Assembly (NCBI GenBank): GCA_036447375.1
Contig: JAZFUU010000056.1
Span: forward strand, 1 to 57,131
Length of the DNA: 57,131 bases
From: Myxococcota bacterium
Lineage (GTDB): Bacteria; Myxococcota_A; UBA9160; SMWR01
Direction of reading: 5' to 3'
The notes under the pieces were generated by a model, which saw only the letters and a list, made by a program, of their open reading frames with translations, made no database searches and was not told where the DNA came from. The position numbers and the translations under genes are program-made. Positions 11,302-21,353 of the stretch are shown here, one piece after another (positions within the stretch are counted from its first letter, which is position 1; the number at the start of each line of letters is the position of its first letter).

Positions 11302-12258
11302 ATGCGGATCGATCGTTCCAAAGTGCGAACAGTGAGCGCGAAGGATCGCCCGAGCAAGGTTCGCCTGGAACACGAGGGCCGGCCTCTGCGGCCCGGAGCC
11401 AGCTTCGCCGAGTTCCTGGACGGCTTGCCCGCGCTGCTGGGCGCCGCTGATCTGCGCTTCGCCATCGATGCGGCGGCCCAGGCCTCGGCGACCGGGCGCA
11501 CGATCCTCTGGGGGTTTGGCGCCCATGTGATCAAGGTGGGGCTGGCGCCGATCGTGGTTGATCTGCTGGAGCGCGGTCTGGCCGGCGGCGTGATGTTGAA
11601 CGGGGCCGGCTGCGTCCACGATCTGGAGCTGGCCCTCCTCGGGCACACCAGTGAGGACGTGGCGGAGACCCTCGACGACGGCACGTTCGGTATGGCCGGG
11701 GAAACGGCCGAGCGCCTGAATCGCGCCATAGCGGAGGGCGCGCGCAAAGGCCTCGGCATGGGCGAAGCGGTGGGTCGCGAGATCGCCGAGGGGGACTATC
11801 CGCACCGGGATCGGTCGATCCTCGCCACCTCGGTTCGTCTGGGCGTGCCCGTCACGGTGGCGGTCGCCATCGGGACCGACGTTCACCATATGCACTCGGG
11901 CGCGGATGGAGCCGCCCTGGGCTCCACGAGCTTCCGCGATTTCGAGACCCTCGCGGGGCTCGTCGCGACCCTGGAGGGCGGTGTGTTTTTCAATGTGGGG
12001 TCGGCGGTGATCCTGCCGGAGGTGTTCCTGAAGGCCCTCGCGCTCTGCCGAAATCTCGGTCACGAAGTCCGCCGATTCACGACCGTGGACATGGATTTCG
12101 TCCGGCAGTATCGGCCCACGGTCAACGTGGTGGAGCGCCCGACCCGCCTCGGAGGCCGGGGCCTGTCGCTGATCGGGCATCACGAGATCATGCTGCCTTT
12201 GCTGGCGGGCGGAATTGTCGAGGCGACCGAATCGATGAAGGCCGAGTCCAGACCGTGA
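11302..12258 (+). CDS. deoxyhypusine-synthase-like (GSU2086-type) uncharacterised protein
   Basis: GAHVIKVG, HDLE, TSEDV, G.FGMA.ET, IGTD..H, NVGSAVILPEVFLKAL, GHHEIM. Confidence 0.7.
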   Translation: MRIDRSKVRTVSAKDRPSKVRLEHEGRPLRPGASFAEFLDGLPALLGAADLRFAIDAAAQASATGRTILWGFGAHVIKVGLAPIVVDLLERGLAGGVMLNGAGCVHDLELALLGHTSEDVAETLDDGTFGMAGETAERLNRAIAEGARKGLGMGEAVGREIAEGDYPHRDRSILATSVRLGVPVTVAVAIGTDVHHMHSGADGAALGSTSFRDFETLAGLVATLEGGVFFNVGSAVILPEVFLKALALCRNLGHEVRRFTTVDMDFVRQYRPTVNVVERPTRLGGRGLSLIGHHEIMLPLLAGGIVEATESMKAESRP

Positions 12259-12296
12259 CCGGAAGCAGACCGTGACTGGAAACAAACCGTGACGGG
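12250..12296 (+). repeat. three imperfect copies with 17-bp period, each containing a GTGA stop/start overlap
   Basis: agaccgtgaccggaagc / agaccgtgactggaaac / aaaccgtgacggg. Confidence 0.85.
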
Positions 12297-12840
12297 GCGG
12301 ATCCGACTGCTCGAAGGCGACATCGCCGAGCAGGAGGTGGATGCCATCGTCAACGCGGCGAATAGCGATCTGATCCTCGGAGCGGGGGTCGCCGGTGCGA
12401 TTCGCGCCCGAGGTGGGTCGTCGATCCAGGCCGAGTGCGATGCGATCGGTCCGATCGAAGTGGGGGATGCGGTAGCGACCGGTGCGGGCGAGCTCGCAGC
12501 CCGGTTTGTGATCCACGCGGCCGGGATGCCCCCGGGCGGATCGGCAACCGAGGAGAGCATCCGCGGCTGCGTTCGCCGCAGTCTCGAGTTGGCCAGGGAC
12601 CGTGGTTGTCTCACGATCGCGATTCCTGCCATCGGCGCCGGAATCGGGGGCTTCTCGTCCCAGAATTGCGCCGAGATCCTGCTGGCAGAGGCCCGGGCGC
12701 ATCTCGCCGGCGAGACGACCCTGGAGGAGATCCGGTTCGTCCTGTTTGGCGAGCCCACCTATCGGATCTTCGAGATGTGCCAGGACGCCGCGAAGGTTCA
12801 GGAGCAGATGGACCGCCTGCGCTCGCAGCGGCGATCGTGA
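12289..12840 (+). CDS. macro-domain protein (MacroD/YmdB-like ADP-ribose hydrolase)
   Basis: GDI, DAIVNAAN, GAGVAGAI, VIHA, PAIGAGIGGF. Confidence 0.9.
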   Translation: MTGRIRLLEGDIAEQEVDAIVNAANSDLILGAGVAGAIRARGGSSIQAECDAIGPIEVGDAVATGAGELAARFVIHAAGMPPGGSATEESIRGCVRRSLELARDRGCLTIAIPAIGAGIGGFSSQNCAEILLAEARAHLAGETTLEEIRFVLFGEPTYRIFEMCQDAAKVQEQMDRLRSQRRS

Positions 12841-12928
12841 GCTCCCGGAACGCGACGACTGCGCCATAGGCCGACGCGCTACTCTGGAGGGTGTCGTCGA
12901 TTCAGGCCTTTCAGATAGGGGATCCCGC

Positions 12929-13726
12929 GTGCTCGGTCCGCTCCATCAACTGACGGCGGCGGTGTATCTGCTGGCGAGCCTCGTCGCGGGCGTGGGAATG
13001 GCCATTCCCTCGATTCGGATGGGACGCGCCGCCGTGGGCCTGATGGTCTTCGGGGTCGTCGTCCACGGCATCATGTTCTCGGTCTTGCACACGGCGGATT
13101 CGCCGCCCCCGCTGACGGACCTTCCCGCTGCCATCTCGCTCATGGCGTGGATCGGAACGATCTTCTTCCTCGCGCTCCTGCGCCGCTCCCATCTGATCCA
13201 CCTGGTCGGGTTGGTGGCCTCGGTGGCGTTTCTCGGGGTCTTCTTCTCGGGTCTTCGCCTGACCGCAGCGGGTCCGGCGACCTTCGGAGGCAACGGCTCG
13301 TGGCCGCATGCTCACGTTCTGCTCGGCAGCGCCGGCATCTCGCTCCTCGGTCTCGCAGCCCTCGCCGGCCTGCTCTTCCTCGCCGAGCACCGACGCCTCA
13401 AGGCCAAGCCCCCGGTCCGTTCCCGCGTCGATCTTCCATCTCTGGAGGCTCTGGATCGGGTCAACTTTGCAACTCTGGCGGTGGGCTTCCCACTGCTGAC
13501 CCTGGGCGTGATCACGGGAATGCTGTGGGTTCATGCGGTCAGTGGGCGGCTGTGGACCGCGACGGCCCATGAGACCTGGTGCCTGGTCGCGTGGGTCGTG
13601 TACGTGGTCATGGTGGTGGTTCGGTTCGGCTTCGCAGGCCAGGGGGGGCGCCGCGCCGCCGTCTCTGCCGTGGGTGGTTTCGTTTTTCTGTTCTTTTCCG
13701 TGATTGGTGTAGGGCTGATCGAATGA
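12929..13726 (+). CDS. ccsA: cytochrome c assembly protein family (CcsA/HemX-like)
   Basis: Multi-TM; AHV, LPSLEALDR, GFPLLTLGVITG.LW; directly upstream of hemA; start approximate. Confidence 0.85.
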   Translation: MLGPLHQLTAAVYLLASLVAGVGMAIPSIRMGRAAVGLMVFGVVVHGIMFSVLHTADSPPPLTDLPAAISLMAWIGTIFFLALLRRSHLIHLVGLVASVAFLGVFFSGLRLTAAGPATFGGNGSWPHAHVLLGSAGISLLGLAALAGLLFLAEHRRLKAKPPVRSRVDLPSLEALDRVNFATLAVGFPLLTLGVITGMLWVHAVSGRLWTATAHETWCLVAWVVYVVMVVVRFGFAGQGGRRAAVSAVGGFVFLFFSVIGVGLIE

Positions 13727-15090
13727 AGATCCTTTTGACCGGATTGAACCATCGAAGTGCGCCGGTCGAGCTGCGTGAGAGAGTGGCGGTGGAGAATCCG
13801 GCTCCGCTCCTGCGTAAACTCGTCGCGGAAGACGACGTGGACGAAGCGGTATTGCTCTCGACCTGCAATCGCGTCGAGTTGATCGTCCTCGCCCGCACGC
13901 CGGAAGCGGCGCGTCATCGGCTGCGTTCGTTCTTCCGGCGCGATCTCGGAGGCGACGAGTTCGCCGATTTCGGCGACATCGGGGATTACCTGTATGAGTT
14001 CGCCGACGCCGAAGCGGTTCGCCACGTCTTGCGTGTCGCTTCGGCGCTCGACTCGATGGTGGTCGGCGAATCTCAAATCCTGGGACAGACCAAGAACGCC
14101 TACCGGGAGGCCTTGGATTGCAAGGCTTGCGGGCCGATTCTGGGTCGCCTGTTCCAGAACGCCTTCGCCACGGCCAAACGGGTGCGCACCGAGACGCGGA
14201 TCGCCGAGCGCCCCGTTTCGGTGGCGCGAGTGGCCGTCGGCCTTGCCAGACAGATCTTCGACGAATTCGCCGACAAACAGGCGTTGCTGATCGGCGCCGG
14301 TGAGATGATCGAGGCGGCGCTCACATCGCTGCGGGCTGAAGGACTGGAGTCCATCTGCGTCGCCAACCGCACGCCGGAGCGCGCGGAAGATCTCGCCAGG
14401 CGTTTTGGGGCAACGGCCCATGGCCTCGACGAGCTCGAGACCCTGCTCGCCCGGGCCGATGTGGTTCTCACGTCGATCGGTGGGGACACTCCGATTCTCA
14501 CCCGCTCGCTGGTGGCGGCGGCGCTGCGGCCCCGGAGCAATCGACCGATCTTCGTGATCGATCTCGGGGTGCCCAGGAACGCGGCGCCGGAGATCGACAC
14601 CCTCGACAATGTCTATCGCTACGACATCGACGATCTGGTCTCGGTCGCGGATGGGAACGCACGGGAACGAAGCCGCGACGTCGCACGGGGCGAGGCGATT
14701 GTACTCGAGCAACAGCAGCGCTTCGAAGGTTGGCTGGCCGCCCTGCGCGCGGTGCCGACGATCCGTCACTTGCGTACCCACGTGGAAGAGATCCGTCAGC
14801 GCGAAGTGCGGCGTGCGCTGGGCCGGCTCGCACTCGGGGCGGAGAACGAGGCGGCGGTCGAGTCGTTGACGCGTTCGATCGTGAACAAGATCCTGCACGC
14901 GCCGGTGTCTCGTCTGCGCCGAGAAGCCGAGCGGGACGGGGGTCTCGTCTATCTCGAGGCGGCGCGGGGACTGTTCGGTCTGGACGCCGAGGAAGGGCCC
15001 GCCGAGGTCGAGCCGAGAGACGACGTTCCGGGCTCCGAGGAAGGGCCTGCCGAGGTCGAGCCGAGAGACGACGTTCCGGGCTCCGAATGA
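13723..15090 (+). CDS. hemA: glutamyl-tRNA reductase
   Basis: GLNHRSAPVELRE, LSTCNRVE, SMVVGESQILGQ, GAGEM, DLGVPRN. Confidence 0.96.
   Translation: MKILLTGLNHRSAPVELRERVAVENPAPLLRKLVAEDDVDEAVLLSTCNRVELIVLARTPEAARHRLRSFFRRDLGGDEFADFGDIGDYLYEFADAEAVRHVLRVASALDSMVVGESQILGQTKNAYREALDCKACGPILGRLFQNAFATAKRVRTETRIAERPVSVARVAVGLARQIFDEFADKQALLIGAGEMIEAALTSLRAEGLESICVANRTPERAEDLARRFGATAHGLDELETLLARADVVLTSIGGDTPILTRSLVAAALRPRSNRPIFVIDLGVPRNAAPEIDTLDNVYRYDIDDLVSVADGNARERSRDVARGEAIVLEQQQRFEGWLAALRAVPTIRHLRTHVEEIRQREVRRALGRLALGAENEAAVESLTRSIVNKILHAPVSRLRREAERDGGLVYLEAARGLFGLDAEEGPAEVEPRDDVPGSEEGPAEVEPRDDVPGSE
14987..15086 (+). repeat. 48-bp tandem duplication in the hemA 3' end
   Basis: 14987-15034 vs 15035-15082, one mismatch; encodes EEGPAEVEPRDDVPGS twice. 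Confidence 0.92.
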
Positions 15091-16016
15091 CTCGGATTCG
15101 TGTGGCCACCCGCGCCAGCGAACTGGCTCTCTGGCAGGCGCGACTGATCGCGGGACGGATCGAGCGTGAGCTCGGGGTCGAGACCGAGCTACTTCCGATG
15201 AAGACCACGGGCGATCGGCTGCGGGGCTCGCTGGCGACCGTGGGCGGAAAGGGCCTATTCGTGAAGGAGATCGAGGAGGCGCTGATCGAGGGACGGGCGG
15301 ATCTCGCGGTTCACAGCGCCAAGGACCTGCCCGCGGTCATTCCGGCGGGGCTCGCCCTCGTCGCCTTTCCGGAGCGCGCGGACCCGCGGGACGCGCTGGT
15401 CGCGCGGCAACGCGGCGCCAGCATCGCCTCGCTTCCCTCCGGTGCCCGGGTGGGCACGGGCAGTGTGCGCCGCGGGGCTCAACTGCGCGCCGCTCGGCCG
15501 GATCTCGAGATCGTGCCGCTGCGAGGCAATCTACCCACGCGCTTGCGAAAGCTCGAAAGCGAGAGCTTGGACGCGATCGTTCTCGCCTGCGCGGGTCTCG
15601 ACCGGCTGGATCTGGCCGACCGTATCGACGAACGGATTGCGCCCGAAAGGATGCTCCCGGCGGTGGCTCAGGGGGCACTGGCACTCGAGGCGCGTGCAGG
15701 GGATTCGCTGGCCGACGATCTGAAGTGCCTGAACGACCGGCTGACGGCGGATCGGGTGACCGCCGAGCGTGCTTTTCTGTCGGCGTTGGGGGGCGACTGC
15801 AACACACCCCTGGCGGCACTTGCCGAGGCCGGGCCCAACGGGTCGTTGGTTCTACGGGCGCTCCTGGCCGCGACGGATGGGCGGCGGATCCTTCGCCATC
15901 GGGCCGAGGCGCCGGCGACGGATGCCCAGCGGCTGGGTTCCGAGGCGGCGGCCGCGATTCGGGAGAGCGGCGGTGAGGAGCTCCTGGCCGAGATGGCGCC
16001 CCAGGGAGCCTCGTGA
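15087..16016 (+). CDS. hemC: hydroxymethylbilane synthase
   Basis: ATRAS.LALWQA, GKGLFVKE, AVHSAKD, GTGSVRR, RGN, GGDC. Confidence 0.96.
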   Translation: MTRIRVATRASELALWQARLIAGRIERELGVETELLPMKTTGDRLRGSLATVGGKGLFVKEIEEALIEGRADLAVHSAKDLPAVIPAGLALVAFPERADPRDALVARQRGASIASLPSGARVGTGSVRRGAQLRAARPDLEIVPLRGNLPTRLRKLESESLDAIVLACAGLDRLDLADRIDERIAPERMLPAVAQGALALEARAGDSLADDLKCLNDRLTADRVTAERAFLSALGGDCNTPLAALAEAGPNGSLVLRALLAATDGRRILRHRAEAPATDAQRLGSEAAAAIRESGGEELLAEMAPQGAS

Positions 16017-17584
16017 CTGTGAAGCGGGCCCGGGGGCCGGGCAAGGTCGTTCTCGTCGGAGCCGGACCGGGAGACCCGGATCTGATCACGGTGCGCGGAG
16101 CGGCAGCCCTGCGGGAGGCGGATGCCATCGTCTACGACTCCCTGGCCGCACCGGAGCTTCTGGAACTGGCGCCTCCCGAAGCGGTGCGCATCGACGTGGG
16201 CAAAAGGGGCCACGATCCGCCGACGCATTCGATGCCCGAAACGATGGAACTGCTGATCTCCCTGGCTCGGCAGGGCAAGACCGTCGTTCGGCTCAAGGGC
16301 GGGGATCCCTTCGTATTCGGGCGCGGAGGCGAGGAGGCCTCCGCGTGCGGCGAGGCCGGTGTTTCCTTCGAGGTCGTTCCCGGCGTGTCCTCCGCGATCG
16401 GCGCTCTCGCCTACGCCGGCATCCCCGTCACCGATCGGCGTCACGCCGCTTCCTTCGCCGTCGTCACCGGCCACAAGGACCCAACGCCCGTCACGGCCGA
16501 TACGCGCTGGGATGCCCTGGCCGCCGCCGTCGATACCCTGGTCATCTTGATGGGGATGCGAAACCTGGAGTCGATCGTCAAGCGCGTGCTCGCCGGGGGG
16601 CGCCCCCCCGCCACGCCGACGGCGGTGGTGATGAACGGCACGCTCCCGAGCCAACGCGTGGTCGAGGGTCGTCTGGATGAGATCGTCGCCCGGGTCGGCG
16701 AGGAGGGACTCGGCGCGCCCGCGGCCGTCGTAATCGGGGACGTCGTGCGCCTGCGCTCGGAGTTGGCGTGGTTCGAGCGGCGACCCCTGTTTGGAACCCG
16801 GGTGCTCGTCACCCGACCCCGCCCGCAAGCGAATGCACTGGTCGCGGCGCTGCGCGCGGCGGGTGCCGAGTCGGTCGTGCTGCCGATGCTGTGCCTGCTT
16901 CCGCCCCGAGTCCACGGGCCGATCGATTCCGCCCTGGGCCAACTCGGCTCCTACGACGGAGTGGTCTTCACGAGCGCCAATGCGGTCCGTTGGTTCTTCC
17001 GGCGCGCCGGCGCCCGCGGCGCCGACATGGCCGATCTCGCGGCAGCGGTCTTCTGCGTGGGGCCTCAAACCGCCGAGGTGGCACGTGAAGCGGGTCTCGT
17101 GGTGAGAGCAGTTCCCGAGCGGCGGTTCGATGCCGAGGGTTTGCTGGCGACCATCGAGAAGCAGCTTCCCCCGGCGGGACGGCGTTTCCTGCTGCCCCAA
17201 GCCGAGGGGGCACGCGAGATCCTGCTTGCGGGGCTCCTGGCCGCCGGAGCCGAGGTCGACGCCGTCGTCGCCTATCGCAGTGCGCCGCCGGACCTGGCCC
17301 CGGAGTCGATTCGCGCGCCCCTGGTCGCCGGCGAGTTCCAGGCTCTTACGTTTACCAGCCCCTCGGCGGTCGAGCACTTCCGAGCGTTGCTCGACGAACC
17401 GGCGGTCGCTGCGGCGGCGCGATGCTGGATCGCTTCGATTGGCCCTGTCACCGCAGAGGCGCTACGGGATGTGGGGCTGGCGCCCGATGTAATGCCCGAG
17501 CGCGCGGGTGCGGCCGAACTGGTGGTAGCCCTGGCCGAGCGTGTGACGCAGGGGGGGCGACCCCAGAAGAGAGGACCCGTATGA
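16013..17584 (+). CDS. cobA: uroporphyrinogen-III C-methyltransferase / uroporphyrinogen-III synthase fusion
   Basis: [28 protein letters not shown]; C-terminal HemD domain (VTRP, FTSANAV, FTSPSAV, SIGPVT). Confidence 0.93.
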   Translation: MTVKRARGPGKVVLVGAGPGDPDLITVRGAAALREADAIVYDSLAAPELLELAPPEAVRIDVGKRGHDPPTHSMPETMELLISLARQGKTVVRLKGGDPFVFGRGGEEASACGEAGVSFEVVPGVSSAIGALAYAGIPVTDRRHAASFAVVTGHKDPTPVTADTRWDALAAAVDTLVILMGMRNLESIVKRVLAGGRPPATPTAVVMNGTLPSQRVVEGRLDEIVARVGEEGLGAPAAVVIGDVVRLRSELAWFERRPLFGTRVLVTRPRPQANALVAALRAAGAESVVLPMLCLLPPRVHGPIDSALGQLGSYDGVVFTSANAVRWFFRRAGARGADMADLAAAVFCVGPQTAEVAREAGLVVRAVPERRFDAEGLLATIEKQLPPAGRRFLLPQAEGAREILLAGLLAAGAEVDAVVAYRSAPPDLAPESIRAPLVAGEFQALTFTSPSAVEHFRALLDEPAVAAAARCWIASIGPVTAEALRDVGLAPDVMPERAGAAELVVALAERVTQGGRPQKRGPV

Positions 17585-18555
17585 GCTTTCCCGAGACCCG
17601 GTTGCGGCGGCTGAGGCGCACCGAATCTCTTCGGCGCATGGTTCGTGAGACGCGGCTCTCCCGCGACGATCTGATCCTTCCGCTGTTCGTGGTCGAGGGC
17701 AGCGGCGTGCAGGAGCCGGTGGAGTCGATGCCGGGTGTATTCCGACGCTCCGTCGACCTTCTGGTGACCGAGGCCAAGCGCGTGCGCGACGCGGGCATTC
17801 CCGCGGTGCTTCTCTTCGGAATTCCGGCCGACAAGGACGCGAGTGGTTCGGGGGCCGACGCGCCCGAGGGAATCGTCCAGCGCGCTGTCGACGCGGTCAA
17901 GGCGGCGGAGCCCGACCTTTGCGTGATTACGGACGTGTGCCTCTGCGAGTACACCGATCACGGGCACTGCGGTCTGATCGAAGAGGGAAGTGTCGCCAAC
18001 GATCCGACTCTGGAGCGGCTGGCGGCCACTGCGCTCTCCCACGCGCGTGCCGGAGCCGACATCGTGGCCCCTTCCGACATGATGGACGGCCGAGTCGCCG
18101 CGATTCGACGCGTTCTCGACGCCCACGGCTTCGAGGACGTCGCCATCCTGGCCTACGCGGCCAAGTTTGCCAGCGCCTACTACGGTCCGTTTCGGGATGC
18201 CGTCGAGAGCACGCCCCGCTTCGGGGACCGGCGCAGCTATCAGCTGGATCCGTGCAACGCTCGCGAGAGTCTTCGGGAAATGAGCCTCGACCTCGAAGAA
18301 GGCGCCGACGTACTGATGGTGAAGCCCGCGCTTCCCTACCTCGATCTGCTGGCCGCGGCGCGACGCGAGTTTCGGGTCCCCCTGGCGGCCTACCACGTGT
18401 CCGGCGAGTACGCGATGATCCGAGCCGCCGCGGAGCGTGGGTGGATCGATGGTGAACGCGCCATGGACGAGGCGTTGATCGCCATCAAACGCGCCGGGGC
18501 CGATTGGATTCTCACCTACGCGGCGATGGACGTGGCCGCGAGATTGCCGAGGTAA
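17581..18555 (+). CDS. hemB: porphobilinogen synthase
   Basis: [33 protein letters not shown]. Confidence 0.96.
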   Translation: MSFPETRLRRLRRTESLRRMVRETRLSRDDLILPLFVVEGSGVQEPVESMPGVFRRSVDLLVTEAKRVRDAGIPAVLLFGIPADKDASGSGADAPEGIVQRAVDAVKAAEPDLCVITDVCLCEYTDHGHCGLIEEGSVANDPTLERLAATALSHARAGADIVAPSDMMDGRVAAIRRVLDAHGFEDVAILAYAAKFASAYYGPFRDAVESTPRFGDRRSYQLDPCNARESLREMSLDLEEGADVLMVKPALPYLDLLAAARREFRVPLAAYHVSGEYAMIRAAAERGWIDGERAMDEALIAIKRAGADWILTYAAMDVAARLPR

Positions 18556-18560
18556 CTGGG

Positions 18561-18746
18561 GTGGCGGTTCAGTACAAGGTCGTCGAAACCGGCACCGTGA
18601 CCGACGATATGCTCGAATCCATCCTGAACGAATGGACGGGTCAGGGCTGGAGCCTCGATTCCATGCAGTTCGCGATGCGCGATTCTTCGAGGCGGCCCTG
18701 CATGGCCTTCATCACGTTTACGCGGGAGGCAGAGGCGGGGGCTTGA
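18561..18746 (+). CDS. small DUF4177-like protein
   Basis: QYKVVE...LESILNEW..QGWSL...F.R pattern. Confidence 0.65.
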   Translation: MAVQYKVVETGTVTDDMLESILNEWTGQGWSLDSMQFAMRDSSRRPCMAFITFTREAEAGA

Positions 18747-20061
18747 GGGCGTAGGGCAGGATCGTGCGCAGGAGGTCCACCTCGGAATCGAGGGTGCGGC
18801 TCAACCCCGAGAGCAGTCCCAGCACCCGACCCAGCAACACGATGTGGCCCGGGGCGCGCACAACCGGGTTTTCGCGAATCCAATCTGGAATTCGCGGACC
18901 CAGTTCCGCCGCCATGTCGCGACTCAAGTAGGAGCGTTCCCGGAATTCGACGGCTGCGTCGAGCACGAACCGCGCGATTTCGTTCAGTGACTCGGGACGC
19001 CCGTCGCGCGTTTCGAATCCCAATGCGAGCAATGCTTCGGCCATCGCGTCGGCATCGCCGCGAATCAATGCGCCGGCGAACGCCACCACGTTTCCGCGGA
19101 AGCGCGGTGGGAGGCGCTTGCTGAGACCGAAGTCGACGAACACCAGACGCGGATTCCCGGATTCCGTGCGTTGAACCAGGATATTTCCGGGGTGCGGGTC
19201 TGCGTGAAAGAAACCCCGAACCAGGATCTGCTCGCAGTACGCTTCCACCAGGATCTGTGCGACTTGGTGGGTATCGATGCCTTGCTCACGCAACCGCTCC
19301 ACGTCGCTGATCTTGATGCCGTCGACGAAGTCCATCACGAGAACGCGACGCGTGGTAAACGGCCAATAGATCTCGGGCACGCCGATGTCGTCCCGGTCTT
19401 TGAAGAATTCCGCCACGGTCTGGGCGTTTCGGCCCTCGTTGACGAAGTCGAGCTCGAGGGGAATACAGGCGGCGAGTTCGTCGATCAGAGGCATGAGATC
19501 GAAGTCGCGCTCGACCCAGCCGACGGCCCGACACAGGAATCGCAGGTTGGCCAGGTCGCCCCGGATCAGACTCTCGATCTCCGGATACTGGATCTTCACC
19601 GCGACCTGTTGACCGCCCTTGAGTCGCGCGCGGTGGACCTGGGCCAGTGACGCCGACGCGATCGGTCGGGGCTCGAATTCTTCGAAGAGCTCGGAGAGTT
19701 TGCGACCGAGTTCGTGCTCCACGATGCTGCGCACCACACGAAAACTTCTCGGCGGTACCTTGTCCTGCAGCCGAGATAGAACCCGTACGTATTCCCGGGG
19801 AAGGACGTCCGCTCGCGACCCCAGAAATTGGCAACCCTTGAGGATCAGCCCGCGCAGCTCGACCGCCGTCTCGTAGACGGATCGGGCGCTGGACTCGTTG
19901 AACCGGGACCAGCGATCCGTCATGTCCGCCGGTCTCAGGCGCTGTGCAATGAAGCGTTGGGCCTTGGCTCCCAGATAGATCCGGCCGAAGGTCGAGCCGA
20001 TCCGGCGGGCGCGGTACAGCCGCTCGGTCGCGGAGACCGAACGTCGCGGAAGCCCGCTCAC
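18718..20061 (-). CDS. ABC1/UbiB/AarF family kinase-like protein
   Basis: LKGCQFL, LQD, ASASLAQVH, VAVKIQYP, HADPHPGN, DFG; start approximate (GTGA overlap). Confidence 0.92.
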   Translation of the reverse strand: MSGLPRRSVSATERLYRARRIGSTFGRIYLGAKAQRFIAQRLRPADMTDRWSRFNESSARSVYETAVELRGLILKGCQFLGSRADVLPREYVRVLSRLQDKVPPRSFRVVRSIVEHELGRKLSELFEEFEPRPIASASLAQVHRARLKGGQQVAVKIQYPEIESLIRGDLANLRFLCRAVGWVERDFDLMPLIDELAACIPLELDFVNEGRNAQTVAEFFKDRDDIGVPEIYWPFTTRRVLVMDFVDGIKISDVERLREQGIDTHQVAQILVEAYCEQILVRGFFHADPHPGNILVQRTESGNPRLVFVDFGLSKRLPPRFRGNVVAFAGALIRGDADAMAEALLALGFETRDGRPESLNEIARFVLDAAVEFRERSYLSRDMAAELGPRIPDWIRENPVVRAPGHIVLLGRVLGLLSGLSRTLDSEVDLLRTILPYALKPPPLPPA

Positions 20062-21353
20062 CACAGCTTGGGTGGCTCCGAAGGGCAGGACCAGGCCCCG
20101 CCGAGGGGTTCGTCTTCTGGGTCGCCGCCGTCGTCCTCGTCGTCGACCCAGGGCGGGCTGTAGGCGCACTGGACCCAGCGGGGCGCGGGGAAATCGAGGA
20201 CGTAGCTCGCGCCAAAACTCTGGTACGAGAAATCGGCGTCGTAGAGGAAGGGAAGACCGATACGGGGGTGGGGGATCGACTCCAGATCTTCGGTCTCGAT
20301 CAGTAGCTCCAGCGTATCCGGATAGATCCGCTCGCGTTCATAATAGGACTGGAGCCCTTCGAGGATCCGGCCCGCCCGCTGTTCCCGGGTAATGAAGTAG
20401 TCCCAGCGCGAGAGGGCGTGGCCGGCCAACAGGGGCAGCGCGATCAGTCCGGCGCCGAGGGCAATGTGGCGACTGCTTTGGGCCAGCCGCGCCGCGCCGT
20501 CGCCTCGCCGCAGGAGGAATACCCCGGCGACGATCAGCCCCGAGACCAGGCCCATCGCCCAGGGGGTCGCGCCGTCGGTTCGGAAGGGAAGCAGCTGCGC
20601 CCGATCTCCGGCCCACAACAAGAGCGCCGGTGTCGCAACCGCGAAGCCGATTGCGCTCAGCGCAACGGCGACCGCGACGGCGCCCGAACGCGCCCCCGCT
20701 CGTGCCAGCCCGAAGGTCCCGAGGGCCGCCCCCGACAGGACGATGGCGACGCAGGCGGCGCCGGCCTCCAGTCCGAACACCGGGATGGCGGGCCAGGGCG
20801 AGATCGAGAATTTGAGTGAGGGGTCGGTTCCGGTGGCGTTCGATACGAGCGCGACGATTCCCACCAGGACGGGAAGGTAGACTGCGCTCCGCCATCGCCA
20901 TGACAGCCGCAGCCAGCTGGCCGCGAGCCGAGGCGCCGTCACGGCGAATCCGACGCAGGTGGCGCTCAGAATGATCACCGCCGAGCCGCGCCAGTGAAAG
21001 AATCGCCAGACCGAATCCGCTTGCATCCCGTAGTAGCTGAACAGCCAGACCGCGACCGCGCAGGATGCCGCCAGGGCCGTGGCGACCGACGAATCGCCGA
21101 CGATGGCGATGGCTACGGCGAGCACGACCGCGACACAACCCATTCCTACGATCGCGGGGAGGGTTTGTTCGAGGAGCGGTTCCAGCAGCGGCCAGCGAAA
21201 AAGGAATCCGCGTGGGTGAAACCAGTCGGTGGCACCGCCGGTTGGAGTCGGACCGATTCCGAAGTGGATCACCGCCCCGTAGCACAGAAGCAACGAGAGC
21301 AGGAGCCACTGCGCCACCACCGAGACCGTGGTCTCGCGCCGCTGGTGATTCAC
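20058..21353 (-). CDS. polytopic membrane protein, unknown function
   Basis: About 9-10 hydrophobic segments plus a soluble C-terminal domain; coupled to both neighbours. Confidence 0.75.
   Translation of the reverse strand: MNHQRRETTVSVVAQWLLLSLLLCYGAVIHFGIGPTPTGGATDWFHPRGFLFRWPLLEPLLEQTLPAIVGMGCVAVVLAVAIAIVGDSSVATALAASCAVAVWLFSYYGMQADSVWRFFHWRGSAVIILSATCVGFAVTAPRLAASWLRLSWRWRSAVYLPVLVGIVALVSNATGTDPSLKFSISPWPAIPVFGLEAGAACVAIVLSGAALGTFGLARAGARSGAVAVAVALSAIGFAVATPALLLWAGDRAQLLPFRTDGATPWAMGLVSGLIVAGVFLLRRGDGAARLAQSSRHIALGAGLIALPLLAGHALSRWDYFITREQRAGRILEGLQSYYERERIYPDTLELLIETEDLESIPHPRIGLPFLYDADFSYQSFGASYVLDFPAPRWVQCAYSPPWVDDEDDGGDPEDEPLGGAWSCPSEPPKLW

Noticed and set aside
14987-15086. Repeats as a possible CRISPR array
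   Set aside because: No spacers, in-frame coding, no cas genes; the same applies to the other short repeats
12929-18555. ccsA-hemA-hemC-cobA/hemD-hemB cluster as a novelty
   Set aside because: Well-known arrangement, including the CobA-HemD fusion
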